Below, piece after piece: positions 27,224 to 42,478 of a DNA stretch of 64,000 bases; position 1 is the first letter of the stretch; every line of letters begins with the position of its first letter. A program made the position numbers and the translations under genes. The stretch is from positions 171,120,001 through 171,184,000 of the forward strand of contig OX597816.1 in the NCBI GenBank assembly GCA_951406725.2, written 5' to 3'. The stretch comes from Octopus vulgaris (lineage: Eukaryota). A model generated the notes under the pieces. The model did no database searches. It worked only from the letters and a program-made list of their open reading frames with translations, and had not been told where the DNA came from.

Positions 27224-28147
27224 TATTTAATGTAATCTTTCCTTTATTTACAAATTTAGGCTTGACACCAAGAATTGAAGTCTCGGTGCATCTGCATATG
27301 TTCCCAATTCAGTATGCAGCAAAAGGGAGAAGAATATCTTTGATACCAGCTTGACACCAGAACTCAGTTAAATTATGTTCTTCAAGATACATTAAAATAC
27401 TCCTGTAGAATATCAGCCATGTACTGTATATAACACCTCACACTGTGAAAGTTCATGAGAAAATTATATTGATAGTCAATACCTCTATGTGTAGAACAAT
27501 ATATAGTAAATGGAAGATATTTCTAAATCAATATTCTAATCAATAATAATTTAATCAATAGTAGTTAAATCCTTCAATCAATATTATTGATTTTAGATAT
27601 AATATTTTACATCTGTGATCTCCTTGTATTTTGTTGAAATTGAGAAATTTAGTAATAGAATAAATTTAGAAGATATTGCAGTATAGTAAACGCCTAATGG
27701 CAATCAATACATTAAAAAATATTTTTTTGTAAATTGTTCAATTGCACAAAAAAATATTTCTTTTTGGAATGATTTTAAATCGATATATTTTGAACAACAG
27801 AAGTAGGTTGCGGAAGAAAACTGTCTCAACCGTATTTATGAAATAAATTTCCATGAAATATTGATTTTGTTATTTTGATGCTTTTCTTCAGATGCCAAAA
27901 GCACAAATATAATATTTAATTTAGTGTGTTTACTAGTCTCTCTAACAAGACAAAATAATTTCCCAAAGGTGATGCCTTGAAAAGGAAACTTCATATCATG
28001 AAATTTCTTAATGGTTATTTTGTTTTTATAATCAGTTCAACTTTCTTTGATAAAAAATATTGTTATATAATTCATATAAGAACAAAATCTTTTGTCACAA
28101 AGTGATTAAAGTAAGCAATTCCTACTTTGCACTTTTAGCAAGTGATA

Positions 28148-28197
<50 letters not shown>

Positions 28198-28339
28198 TTC
28201 AAATTCCGCTGAAGTCTTTTTTCTTTTCAGGGTCGATAAAATAAGTACCAGTTAAGTACTGGAGTCGATATAATCGACTTGTGACCACCCTTCAAATTGC
28301 TGGCTTTGTACCAAAATTTGAATCGGATATTAAAATAGG

Positions 28340-29815
28340 AAAGCTAAAGAGACCTGGCTGAATGGACAGTGTGAAGAAATTGAAAAGCGAATTCAGGTAG
28401 GATACAAAATACATCCGTAGATAAATGAGATCTCTGACAGAAAGCTGGGATCCTTAAACAGCGGATGTATCTGAGCAAAGTATGGTACCATGCTGGTTGA
28501 GAAGATTGATATTTTGAATAGATGGACAGAATATATAGATTTATTTCATGATGCGAGAGCAACCTTGCCTAGTTTTCCTGACTTCAGAAAGCCTGTTCTC
28601 TGAAGTACAAGCAGTCATCAAAATGATGAGGAAACAGAAAGCTTCTGAGCAGGACGGGATTATCATTGAGATGATAAAAGCATAAGGAATATGGAATTAG
28701 AAAACTGACAGATGTAATAAACAATATCTATGATGATGGGAAATTTCCAGATCTAAGTAAATTCATCTTTATTACACTCCCGAAGAAATTAAGAGTGGTG
28801 AACTGTGGACAACATCGCAAGATTGTTGCAAAGATCATTCTGAGAATTTTACTCCTGCGAGCAAGAAAGAGAATAACGCCTGAGGTTGGAATTGAACAGT
28901 TTAGCTTTGTAAAGGGTGCTGGTACTAGGAATACTGTTTGTTTGTTTTTTGTATTGAGAATGACAATGAAGTGGGTGGTGAAGATGCAAAAAGATGTCTT
29001 CATGCATTCCATAAATTACACAAAGGCCTTCAATAAAGTAAGATATATGTTTAATTGAAGAATTTAGTAACCTTGATCTGCATGGGAAAGACCTCCGAAT
29101 CTTGCAGAGCCTGTATTGGAACCACCAAGCCTGCATAAAGGTGGTTGGAGAATGCAATGAATACACTAGCATCAGGAGAGGGTTAGACAAGGATGTGTAA
29201 CGTCACCAGGTCTCTTCAATTACTATAGTGAATTGATTATAAGAGAGCTGGAAAAGGAAAAAGGTCTTAAGGTAGGAGGCATAAACATCACAGTCATGAG
29301 ATAAACAGATGGCACAGTCTTACTAACAGAACTGGAAAAGAAACGTTAGCGAATTTTGTGATCAGAGAAAGTGGGGGGGGGGACAGTTTGTTTATAAATT
29401 GCAAGAAGGCAGAGTGTATGGTGGTAACAAAAAAAGGAAGTCCAAAGTGCATGCTGAAAGTGAACAATCGAGGAATCCTCCTTCAACCATCTTCGAACTT
29501 TGATCACATACGACGCAAGATGTGTGAAGGAGATCAAAAGACGAATCTTGAGAAACCGTACTCTGAGCATCAAGACCAGGATCAGTATACTGAACTGCTA
29601 TGTCTGCTCTGTGCTAATGTATGGATGTGAGGCATGGTATACAACATGATAAATGAAGGTGCTTGGAGAACTGTGAAATGTGGTTCTTAAGGAGACTTTT
29701 AGGGTAGCATAGACAGACAAAACGTTTAATAAAGAAGTGATGACCCAGGCTGCTGTAAATAGGAAGCTGCTTCTTGAGATAAGCGCCAATAAATTGAGAT
29801 TCCTAAGCCACGTGA
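28340..29815 (+). pseudogene. heavily decayed RTE-clade LINE RT region
   Basis: KASEQDGIIIEMI, QFSFVKGAGTRN, YTKAFNKV, RQGCVTSPGLFNYYSE, with many stops and shifts. Confidence 0.8.
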
Positions 29816-29858
29816 TATATATATATGTGTGAGTGTGTGTGTGTACATACATATATAC

Positions 29859-29903
<45 letters not shown>

Positions 29904-29939
29904 ACTGTATATATATATATATGTATATATATATGTATG

Positions 29940-30000
<61 letters not shown>

Positions 30001-30259
30001 CTAATTAGCAAAGCTAACTTTAAGCCCGCTAACAAAATTCATACGTTTGTTCTTGTCTATTGTAGGCGTGTCTCGAAGAGTACGTCAGCCACGCTATTGG
30101 CTGATTACATGTACACGTGACAAGATGTGATTGGTCGACTCAACAGCGACTAGCTAAGCAGCACTGTGTAATTCTGAAGTTTTGAGTTGTGTTCACTTAC
30201 AACGTTGTCACATTACAGACAGTTTTACAGAGTACGTTATCGTCTTATCAAGTTATTGC

Positions 30260-32105
<1,846 letters not shown>

Positions 32106-32109
32106 CTCA

Positions 32110-32776
32110 GGCACTTGGTGTCGGTATTCCAAAGGTCTCACGGAATCTGCAGAAGATTGGTAAGGTAAAAAAGCTCGATAAATGGGTACTGCATGAACCT
32201 GATGAAAATCAAAAAGTTTGGCATTTTGAAGTGTGATCGATGCTCTTTCTGCGAAACATCACTGATCCTTTCCCTTTTCTTGACTGAATAGTCCTTGTGA
32301 CGAAAAGTGGATCCTTTATGATAACCGAAAATGATCGGGTCAATGGCTTGATCGTGATGAGTCCCTCTAACATTTCCCAAAGCCAAAGTTGCAACAGCAA
32401 AATATTATGGTGACTGTCTGGTGGTCTGCAATTTGTGTTGTCCATTGCAGCTTTCTGAAAGCCAATCAAAGCATTACAGCAGAAGTTTACTGCAATCAAC
32501 TCGCTGAAATGCATGCTCATTTGCAAAAAAAGAAACCTGCATTGGTGAATCGATGTGGCCCAATCCTGCCCCACAATAATGCAAAGCCACATGTTGCAAG
32601 AATGACGTTACAGAAACTCACAGACTTGGGATACGAGACTTTACCACATCCTCTATATTCTCTTGATCTTTCACCCACAGATGCATAGATGTTCACGGCT
32701 TATACATTTCTATTGCTAATTTTTCCAAAATAAAATTATGTTTCTGAAATCAGCCATTATTTTCGGAACAACCTAA
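32110..32776 (+). mobile_element. 5'-truncated mariner of a second subfamily
   Basis: KLDKWVLHE, IMVTVWWS, HNNAKPH, LPHPLYSLDLSPTD. Right terminus ...gaacaacctaa followed by TA. Confidence 0.85.
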
Positions 32777-33223
32777 TAGAAATAATGCACAAATTATAAC
32801 TAAAAATCTAAATTATCTCAATATTAAAGTTGATTATTTACTCCAAAGTTGATTTTGTCTTTCATAGCTTTCGGGGTCGAAAGTGTCATTTTCCCACGCC
32901 CTTATGCCAAAATTTGAAGCTAGTATTAAAGTTGGTTACTATAATTGTAATATGTTTCTGTCATTTATATGTTTATGTATAATTTACCACGTTAATTACA
33001 ATATTCTAACAACCCAGTCTATTTAGTTTAATAAGATTTCATTGAATGTGTGCATGCATGCGTATGTGTGTGTATGCGTGCGTGTATGTATGTATGAGTA
33101 TGTAACTTTACGGAGATATGATTACTAAAAGTGGAATGTAAATAACGACAGAGAAGTTTATACTGCCTATATGTGTATGCATGTGCGCATATGTATAAAA
33201 GTAAAGATATATATATATGCATC

Positions 33224-33277
<54 letters not shown>

Positions 33278-33501
33278 AATCAATATAGGGTGGCAAAAAA
33301 AAATTTTTTTAGAATTCTTTTGCCACCAGCGGCCTAGTGGGAAAAAATTAAATAGTCATAAACCATTTTAAGTTCAACATCGCAATCAAGGAACGGCCAT
33401 AATAGGCCATTCACCCACTAGAAATAACAGCCAAAAGCTTTAACCGCAAAATAACATTAATTCCGTAAACCAGGAGAAAATTGAAAAACATTTACCCTGT
33501 A

Positions 33502-33608
33502 ATTTCTTAGACGATGCACCGTTTCATCTACCGTTTAATGGTAAACTAACCTGATTAAATTAAATCAAGCCAATCCACCATAGGCCCTTAGACTCATCAG
33601 TAAGAAAT
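33502..33608 (-). ncRNA. type I hammerhead ribozyme (canonical core), unit 1
   Basis: auuucuua CUGAUGA gucua[long hairpin]uagau GAAA cggugcaucg UC uaagaaau. Confidence 0.85.
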
Positions 33609-33993
33609 AGCCAAGTCGGAACAGATATTTTTCACGAGGCATTCCTCTTGCTACCTCGGCAATATCTGACCTAAAATTTTCAAATCGTCGCACTCGCGCC
33701 AAATTTATCGGCAGCAAATAAATATAAGCCACCGATTCCATTACGGAACTAACCAGAAAATTCATAATTAATCAATATAGGGTGGCAAAAAAAATTTTTT
33801 TAGAATTCTTTTGCCACCAGCGGCCTAGTGGGAAAAAATTAAATAGTCATAAACCATTTTTAAGTTCAACATCGCAATCAAGGAACGGCCATAATAGGCC
33901 ATTCACCCACTAGAAATAACAGCCAAAAGCTTTAACCGCAAAATAACATTAATTCCGTAAACCAGGAGAAAATTGAAAAACATTTACCCTGTA

Positions 33994-34100
33994 ATTTCTT
34001 AGACGATGCACTGTTTCATCTACCGTTTAATGGTAAACTAACCTGATTAAATTAAATCAAGCCAATCCACCATAGGCCCTTAGACACATCAGTAAGAAAT
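33994..34100 (-). ncRNA. hammerhead ribozyme copy with core mutation (CUGAUGU) and stem III mismatch, unit 2
   Basis: Plus strand reads gacacatcag instead of gactcatcag, and gcactgttt instead of gcaccgttt. Confidence 0.75.
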
Positions 34101-34600
34101 AGCCAAGTCGGAACAGATATTTTTCACGAGGCATTCCTCTTGCTACCTCGGCAATATCTGACCTAAAATTTTCAAATCGTCGCACTCGCGCCAAATTTAT
34201 CGGCAGCAAATAAATATAAGCCACCGATTCCATTACGGAACTAACCAGAAAATTCATAATTAATCAATATAGGGTGGCAAAAAAAATTTTTTTAGAATTC
34301 TTTTGCCACCAGCGGCCTAGTGGGAAAAAATTAAATAGTCATAAACCATTTTTAAGTTCAACATCGCAATCAAGGAACGGCCATAATAGGCCATTCACCC
34401 ACTAGAAATAACAGCCAAAAGCTTTAACCGCAAAATAACATTAATTCCGTAAACCAGGAGAAAATTGAAAAACATTTACCCTTATATTTATTTGCTGCCG
34501 ATAAAATTGGCGCGAGTGCGACGATTTGAAAATTTTAGGTCAGATATTGCCGAGGTAGCAAGAGGAATGCCTCGTGAAAAATATCTGTTCCGACTTGGCT

Positions 34601-34707
34601 ATTTCTTACTGATGAGTCTAAGGGCCTATGGTGGATTGGCTTGATTTAATTTAATCAGGTTAGTTTACCATTAAACGGTAGATGAAACGGTGCATCGTCT
34701 AAGAAAT
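34601..34707 (+). ncRNA. type I hammerhead ribozyme (canonical core), inverted copy
   Basis: CTGATGA at 34609-34615, GAAA at 34684-34687, GTC triplet at 34697-34699; 8-bp stem I. Confidence 0.85.
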
Positions 34708-34826
34708 TACAGGGTAAATGTTTTTCAATTTTCTCCTGGTTTACGGAATTAATGTTATTTTGCGGTTAAAGCTTTTGGCTGTTATTTCTAGTGGGTGAAT
34801 GGCCTATTATGGCCGTTCCTTGATTG

Positions 34827-34895
<69 letters not shown>

Positions 34896-35313
34896 GATAA
34901 AATGTAACAACAAAAGAATGAGACCTCGATATTAGAGAAATAGAGGATTGTTTGTATGAGTACGTACATGCATATGTGTTTGTGTGGTTATGTATGTGTT
35001 TGTGTATGTATATATACATGTTTGTGTGAGTGTGTACGTATGTAGACGTTGTGAACGCAGGACGTTTGTGTCTATGTACTGTAAGAATATGGTTGCGTGT
35101 ATTTTTATCTTCTTTCTTTTTCCACCTATTAGAGTTACATCCTTTTTATTTAACGGTTTTTCATAGCGTTGATATCCGACGAGAATGTATCATAGCTATT
35201 CGTTCCGACATTGGAAACTCTGAGTACTATAACGACAACATTTTACTGTTTGTTCTAAATAATTATAACATATATATATATACTTTTTTATTAAAGCTGC
35301 AAAAATATCACTC

Positions 35314-35694
<381 letters not shown>

Positions 35695-36299
35695 GTATAT
35701 ATATATGCATGTGTATATACGTGTGTGTCCGTGTCTGTGTGTGTGTGTGTGAGCGTTTCTATGTATACGGATGTATGAATATACATATGTTGTATGCGGA
35801 AAAGAAAGTACAATTCACCTACTTCTCCGGTTCTCTAGAAGCATCGATCCTTTCCGTGCCTTACCCGTCTAACGTCACTGACCCTATACTTCCTGTTCAC
35901 CTCATCCCCACACTCGCCCTAATCTCAAAGATAATCTCATCACCTCACTCCATGTCAAAATCTGCCATCAACTAGGATAGACGTCTCATCCACTGTAACC
36001 ACCGCAGGAATGGAGCGCTGCTCGTATCCTCTCCTCCTCCTTCATCGCCCGACGAATTGGCGAACATTCAAAACATGATACAACATTCCATCCACAGACA
36101 CGTTATTCTGAGAATTAGCGGCCGTTATTATTCCTTTCCCCCATTGAAACGTACAGAGTACATTTGGGGGTTTGATCTAGACCTACCAGCACAAAAGCAG
36201 GTTTTCTCTCTTCTACATGTCGCTGTGATACCGGACACGGATGACGCCATTCATATCTGAATATTGTTCTGTGTGGCACCGGTTTCTCAACATGTGACC

Positions 36300-36600
36300 G
36301 AGGTGACATCTACCAAAATGTCGTATCAGCTGATATTGCCGTAATTTCTCACTCATGTGGATCTTCAGATATGCCGACTTCAGGTCGACGATTGTGGCAG
36401 CCCTCGTCATCCGCCTCCATTCTTACAATGTTTCCCCACAGACATCGGTAACCTTGCCGCCCGTGTGAGACGATACGTAGTTATTAAGTTCTCTAAAATC
36501 CAGTATTGATCTGACCTTGCCATTCGTTGGCTGCACCATTACCACTAGCAGCAGCACTCCGTTGTTACTTTTCCCTTTCAAGGGATTAAAAGGCTCTCCT
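36300..36600 (-). pseudogene. LTR-retrotransposon (Gypsy-like) RT fragment
   Basis: GKVRSILDFRELNNYV...IVDLKSAYLKIH...QYQLI. Confidence 0.7.
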
Positions 36601-36789
36601 CGATTCGTTTGAATATATTTTAGATATCATAAAATGTAGCAGTCTCCTTCATAGAGCACACTATTTAAATATTTTAATAATCTATGCTATACAGATCCTT
36701 GCTTCTCTGACTCACATGCTATCGTTAGATCAAGATGATAATCAAGTTATTACATTGGAGAAATGAAATAAAATTTAAAAAAACTAAAT

Positions 36790-36968
36790 AGGCGTAGGAG
36801 TGGCTGTGTGGTACGTAGCTTGCTTACCAACCACACAGTTCCGGGTTCGATCCCACTGCGTGGCACCTTGGGCAAGTGTCTTCTACTATACCCTCGGGCT
36901 GACCAAAGCCTTGTGGGTGGATTTGGTAGACGGAAACTGAAAGAAACCCGTCGTATATATGTATATTG

Positions 36969-37020
<52 letters not shown>

Positions 37021-37238
37021 ATGCGTCTGTGGTTGTCCCTTCAACATCACTTGACAAGCGATGCTGGTATGTTCACGTCCCCGTAACTTAGCGGTTCGGC
37101 AAAAGAGACCGATAGAATAAGTACTAGGCTTACAAAGAATAAGTCCTGGGGTCGGTTTGCTCGACTAAAAGGCGGTGCTCCAGCATGGCCGCAGTCAAAT
37201 GACTGAAACAAGTAAAAAAAGTAAAAGAATAAAAGAGT
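36790..37238 (+). mobile_element. SINE family B
   Basis: Full, somewhat diverged copy. Confidence 0.88.
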
Positions 37239-38379
37239 ATATATCCCATTTGTTCATTGAATTCACAGCATATGGAAAATAGTTTATTTTCTTTTGGTCC
37301 GCCATCAACAAAATGGCTATTTTTTATCATAAATACTGCGTGATGACAAGAGAAATAAGGGAAAGGCTGGAAGAAGGAAAAGAACGTTAATAAAAATATT
37401 TACAGATTTACTAACACCTTCAATCAGTAAAACTATTAACTCTACTATAAACCTATCACATGCATACAAACATACATACATACAAACATACATACATACA
37501 TACATACATACATACATACATACATACATACATACATACATACATACATACATACATACATACATACATACATACATACATACATACATACATACATACA
37601 TACATACATACATACATGCATGCATATACAGGGTGGGCCAAAAGTCACGCACAAAATACGTTCAATACGCTTCGGATTGTCAGATTTGCTTCAAATTTTC
37701 TAAAATTGAATAAGATAAATAAAATAATGATGAATACACAAACGTACTTGTACATGATGAACAAAATTCATAATAATCGTTTCTACTACAGGTACAACGT
37801 CCGAAATTTGAGAGGAGATAGTTGATGACATCGACCCCAGAACTCCAGTGGTACTTATTTTATCGAATCCAAAAGGATGAAACGAAAGGAAAAGTCGACC
37901 GCGACGGAATTTGAACTGAGAACATAAGGACAGGAGAATCGCTGCTAATCCCCGGAGTGCTAACGATTCTGCCAACCTGGCGCTTTAATTAAGATAGCAA
38001 TAATAACAAATATATTTGTTCTCGTGCATTTTGATGGTTGAAAGTGTATAAATAAAATGTCGAATGTTTTGGGGCGTGATTTCTGGCCCTTCTTTCTCTC
38101 TTCATCTGTCCCTCTTTTCCCCTCTCTTTCCCTCACACGTGACTAGCCAACCGATGCTGGCCTTTCGTGTCCAGCAGCCGTTGCGGCAAGACACAAGTTT
38201 TTTGTCTCTCTGTAGCCCTAAGGCTTTCTTCTAACACCAGCTCAAAATATTTACTCGTCCTGTCGAAAAGACGCTTGTCTGTGACGTCCTGTTTTTGTTG
38301 TTATTATTATTATCATTATTGTTTTTACGTATTTTTGTATTCTTATTCGTGTTATCATTATTGTTTTTACGTGTTTTTG

Positions 38380-38650
38380 TATTTTTATTCGTGTAACATC
38401 GTCCGGTTTTCCGTCCTTGTTTTGTATACATTCGAGGCTTTCTTCCAAGGAATCTAATGCGCTTGGCTTAGATTTTCCTTTGGGGCTGGCCAGATCGGAG
38501 CAATCTTAAGATTAATCAGCCGAAATTGCGAAGATGATCCGGTTCTTGACTGAAGATTGAAGGCTTCGAATGTCCCGTCCGTGTTTTTTGTATCGTCTTC
38601 TAAATGTTTCACGTTCTTGTCCCAGTTTGTATTTTTTTACATTTACATAT
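38380..38650 (+). repeat. unclassified interspersed repeat
   Basis: Segments recur at ~44708-44757 and 52637-52772; two of the copies abut (TA)n. Confidence 0.7.
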
Positions 38651-39560
38651 ATATATATATAATTATTTAAGTAGACAAATGAATTATCTTATTACGGATA
38701 ATTCGAAAGATAACCGATACCTGGGTAGCAAACTCGCAACAGAAAGGGCACGGTTGAAGTTACGACCATAGGGCATAAAATCCGTGCCTTAGTGCGGAAA
38801 TTTGAAGTTTTATATATTAAGTATAGGAAAGAATGGAGCTGAATGAAGATTTAACAAAATTCCTTTATTTTCGACATATGTTTCGAAGTCTGCAAAGTCC
38901 CTAATTCCTAATGATTTGTTAACACAATAATTGCAAACATTAAAATCATGGAATCGCTCCTTATTGTGAATCACAATAATTCATGAAACTTAGTATTTAT
39001 CACTTCATGTATGAGGAAGCTTTGGCCTATTGAAATATTGCGTTAATACTGCTGACAAAATTAATTTCAGGAGTTTCCTATTGACATTTATCGTCTGCTA
39101 CAAATATCATTAATATAAATACACATATTCACAAATGGAATAGCTTTTAAGTGGTTACTCAACCTGCTAGAAACAACAACCGTGTATCACTCAAATCAGC
39201 CAGAAAGAAACAGTACAATGATGAAAGCAGGGCCTTGATTCGGAACATTGTTTATGAAGTCGTCTTAATAAATGTCGATATTCTACAATGCTAAATGGAG
39301 GGACGGAAGCAAAAGCATGAGATCGAGTCTAGGTAGCGTTTGGGTGCCGCATCGTTTCCCTGAGACAACTACATCATTTATGAACTCAACAACGAATATG
39401 ATTAAATCAAGAGATTAGGTGAGGAACTCCTGAATAGGTACTCTGAGTGTACAGAAGTTCCATGTGGACCAAAGCAACTGGACTGGCCTACATAAACAGA
39501 AAGTTATGCATAGGTAGATATCCACCACGCTGGAAAATACCAGTGACATTCACAGATCTT

Positions 39561-39604
<44 letters not shown>

Positions 39605-39629
39605 TTATGTATGTATATATATTTATATG

Positions 39630-39699
<70 letters not shown>

Positions 39700-40129
39700 T
39701 AAATTAATAATTTTTATTTTAAATTTAAATAATTTAAACTTCTAAATTTTATATTTTATATATTTTGTATATTATTTTATTTATTTTTATTTTTATGTTT
39801 TGGTTTATGCTTTTCATTGTTTGATTTGCCTAATAGTGGTTTTATCTCTAATTTAATTTATATATATATCTTATCTTATCGAAACGTGGAGTAGATGAAA
39901 TTAAGGCGACTGAAGAAGGGGACTTTTCCTTGTTTTGTATGTCCTGTACTCTTTCTTTCGTTGTTTTAAAAAAATGTCCATTTCCTTGGTTTTGTGTTTA
40001 TGTTTTCGTTTCTCATTGTGTTCGACGTTTTTTTGGTGTCCTGTACCCATATATGCATGTATATATACATGTAGAGGTAGGTACGTACATATATGTATGT
40101 ATACATGCATATATTTTATTTATTTGTTA

Positions 40130-40169
<40 letters not shown>

Positions 40170-40171
<2 letters not shown>

Positions 40172-40345
40172 GGAATTTACAAAAAAGAAACAAAAGACGA
40201 AGACGGGTGTATAAACAACAAACAGGTGTATTAGTTTAACGCTCGGGAGGGTAAGAAAGTCTTTTGAGTTTCGAGCCTACGCTCTTCAGCAGAAAAGAAC
40301 ATAAGAAAATAAACAGAGAGAGAATAAAAGAAGCTTTAGCGGCTA
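40170..40345 (-). mobile_element. solo Penelope-like terminal repeat fragment with HHR-like motif
   Basis: Reverse complement of the 3' end of the Penelope-like element at 46500-46645. Motif ucuuuu CUGCUGAA gagc-guag-gcuc GAAA c UC aaaaga at 40260-40298. Confidence 0.7.
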
Positions 40346-40463
40346 TTGGTCAATTGCATCTCACGTGACACATCAAAACCAAAATGCATTCACACCTTTA
40401 GCAAGAAAGAATGCTAGTGGAACATTCCAATTAAAAATATCAACCTTTTCTGAAATCTATATA

Positions 40464-41754
40464 CGAGGAGCGTTCAATAAGTAATGCCTCTGATCCACTT
40501 GCAGTTGTTTGATCTAGCTGAAATGTTGCATGTGCAATTATTTATATCTCTATAGAGTAAGTGGCAAATTACAGCTCTGAACTAATTGTGGTTTCTGATT
40601 TACAGGTATTTGAACTGAGTCAAGTGTGAAATGGAGCCTGTTGAGTGTCGAGCAGTGATTCGGTTTTTGTATTTGAAAGGACGCACACCACGGGAGACTT
40701 TTGATGAAATGAAAGTAACTTATGGTGATGATGCCCCATCATATGACCTTGTAAAACGCTGGCATCGTGAATTCAAACATGGTCGGAACTCTGTGGAAAC
40801 AGCTCCCAGATCTGGTCGCCCCCTTCTGCTATTGATGAGGCATCTGTCCGTCAAGTTGAGGCTGCCATTTTGGAAGATCGACGCATAAGTATTCGCCAAA
40901 TAGCCCATGAGGTCAAGATTAGTACCGGGTCTGTGGAAACTATCATTCATGACCATTTGCATATGAAAAAGGTGTCTGCCAGATGGATTCCCAGGTTGCT
41001 CACACCTTTCCAGAAGCAAGAACGCGTCGATTGCTCGAGGATGAATTTGGAGATGTGCCAAGAAGATGAGTCAAAATTTTTCAAAAGACTGATTACACAG
41101 GATGAAACCTGGCTCCATCACTATGATCCAGAGTCCAAAGCCCAGTCAATGCAGTGGAAGCACCGTGATTCACCTCCTCCAAAGAAGGCAAGGGTGCAGC
41201 CCTCCGCTGACAAGGTCAGGCTCACAGTCTTCTGGGACCAGGACGGAGTAGTGATGACAGATTTCCTGGCAAAGGGTGCCACAATTACAGGAGTCTATTA
41301 TGCTTCACTTTTGAGGAAATTAAGAGAAGCTATCAAAATCAAGAGGCGGGGCAAGATCAGCAAAGGCATCCTCCTCCTGCAGGACAACGCTCCGAACCAC
41401 AACTCGTGTGTCGCCAGATCAGAAGCACAGGCGTGCGGCTATGAACTCATCCCCATTCCCCCTACTCTCCTGACCTTGCACCCTCTGATTTTCACCTCTT
41501 CCCAGCCATGAAGTTATTTTTGAAAGGAAAGCGTTTCCCAAATGATGCAGCCTTGATTTCTGAAGTCACGTCGTGGTTGGAGGACCAAGATAGGATCTTC
41601 TACAAAAACGGTCTTCAGAGCTGCATCAAACGATGGGAGAAATGCGTAACTCTGGGTGGTTCCTATGTAGAAAAAGACTAATAACTGTTCCAAGTTTCGT
41701 TGCTCTACTGCTATGGGAAGTGAGCCAGGGGCATTACTTATTGAACGCCCCTCG
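40464..41754 (+). mobile_element. full-length mariner, same family as 22592-23881
   Basis: TA TSDs, same TIRs, near-identical split transposase. Confidence 0.95.
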
Positions 41755-42478
41755 TATATGCAAATGTGTATGTGTGTGTATGTGTGTGTGTTTGAGAGAG
41801 AGAAAGGGAGAGAGAGAAAGAGCATCCAAATACAACCGTTTACAAGCCTACGCACCTACACACTTTCCGTACATAATTATACGTAAATGCATTCACATTA
41901 GAACATAATTTAGCATTTATATCTATAAGATAAACTCATAATCTGACGAACATCAGTAATGCAGGGATAAAGAAAACACGATGTACAATATTCTAGCCGT
42001 AGTAATGATTTCTGCACTCATCAAGAATTAGGCAATTACCATTCAAGAAGCAATTATTCCAACCAATACATTAGCTATTTGCATTATCATAACAATCATC
42101 ATTTCGAGAATCATTATAACTACTTGTTAATTAAGCGATGTCAGAAGCTTTTTTTTGTTTTTGTTTTGTGCAAGTTTAGAAGTTGTAAAATTAGATAATT
42201 TAGACTGTATCTGTTAAAGATGTGATAATACATATGTTCAAGGAAATATTCCTTGCGTAAGAAAAGGAGATAGGGGAATCTAGCTAAAGATGGGTACTTA
42301 AATGATGAGTCATACCAAATGATATTCCTAGATTTATTCTAGTTGATTTTATGCTCGATAGAACCATTAAACACCTTTGTCTCGTTATAATAGGTCGAAC
42401 GATTGTTGAGAATTTGCTGATTAGCTGACAAGCAAGATATATCAATTAGATATTTTTTGTCATTCTATGTTATTATGG

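Larger units (their letters stand above)
33276..34829 (-). repeat. 492-bp HHR-bearing tandem array (2.45 units) plus inverted ~350-bp copy, inside (TA)n
   Basis: Units start at 33276, 33768 and 34260 (the third ends at 34482). 34481-34829 is the reverse complement of ~33379-33728. Confidence 0.95.

Noticed and set aside
33565-34257. Duplicated 66-aa ORF in the 492-bp units
   Set aside because: No recognisable motif; overlaps the ribozyme; length is compatible with chance.
38500-38565. HHR-like pieces (gcaaUC-uuaaga, agccGAAAuugc, ucuugaCUGAAGA)
   Set aside because: The strands occur in an order that makes all three helices cross, and stem II needs a 5-nt insertion. Not a canonical HHR topology.
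39300-39520. Possible mariner remnant (VWVPH)
   Set aside because: Too little supporting sequence to call.
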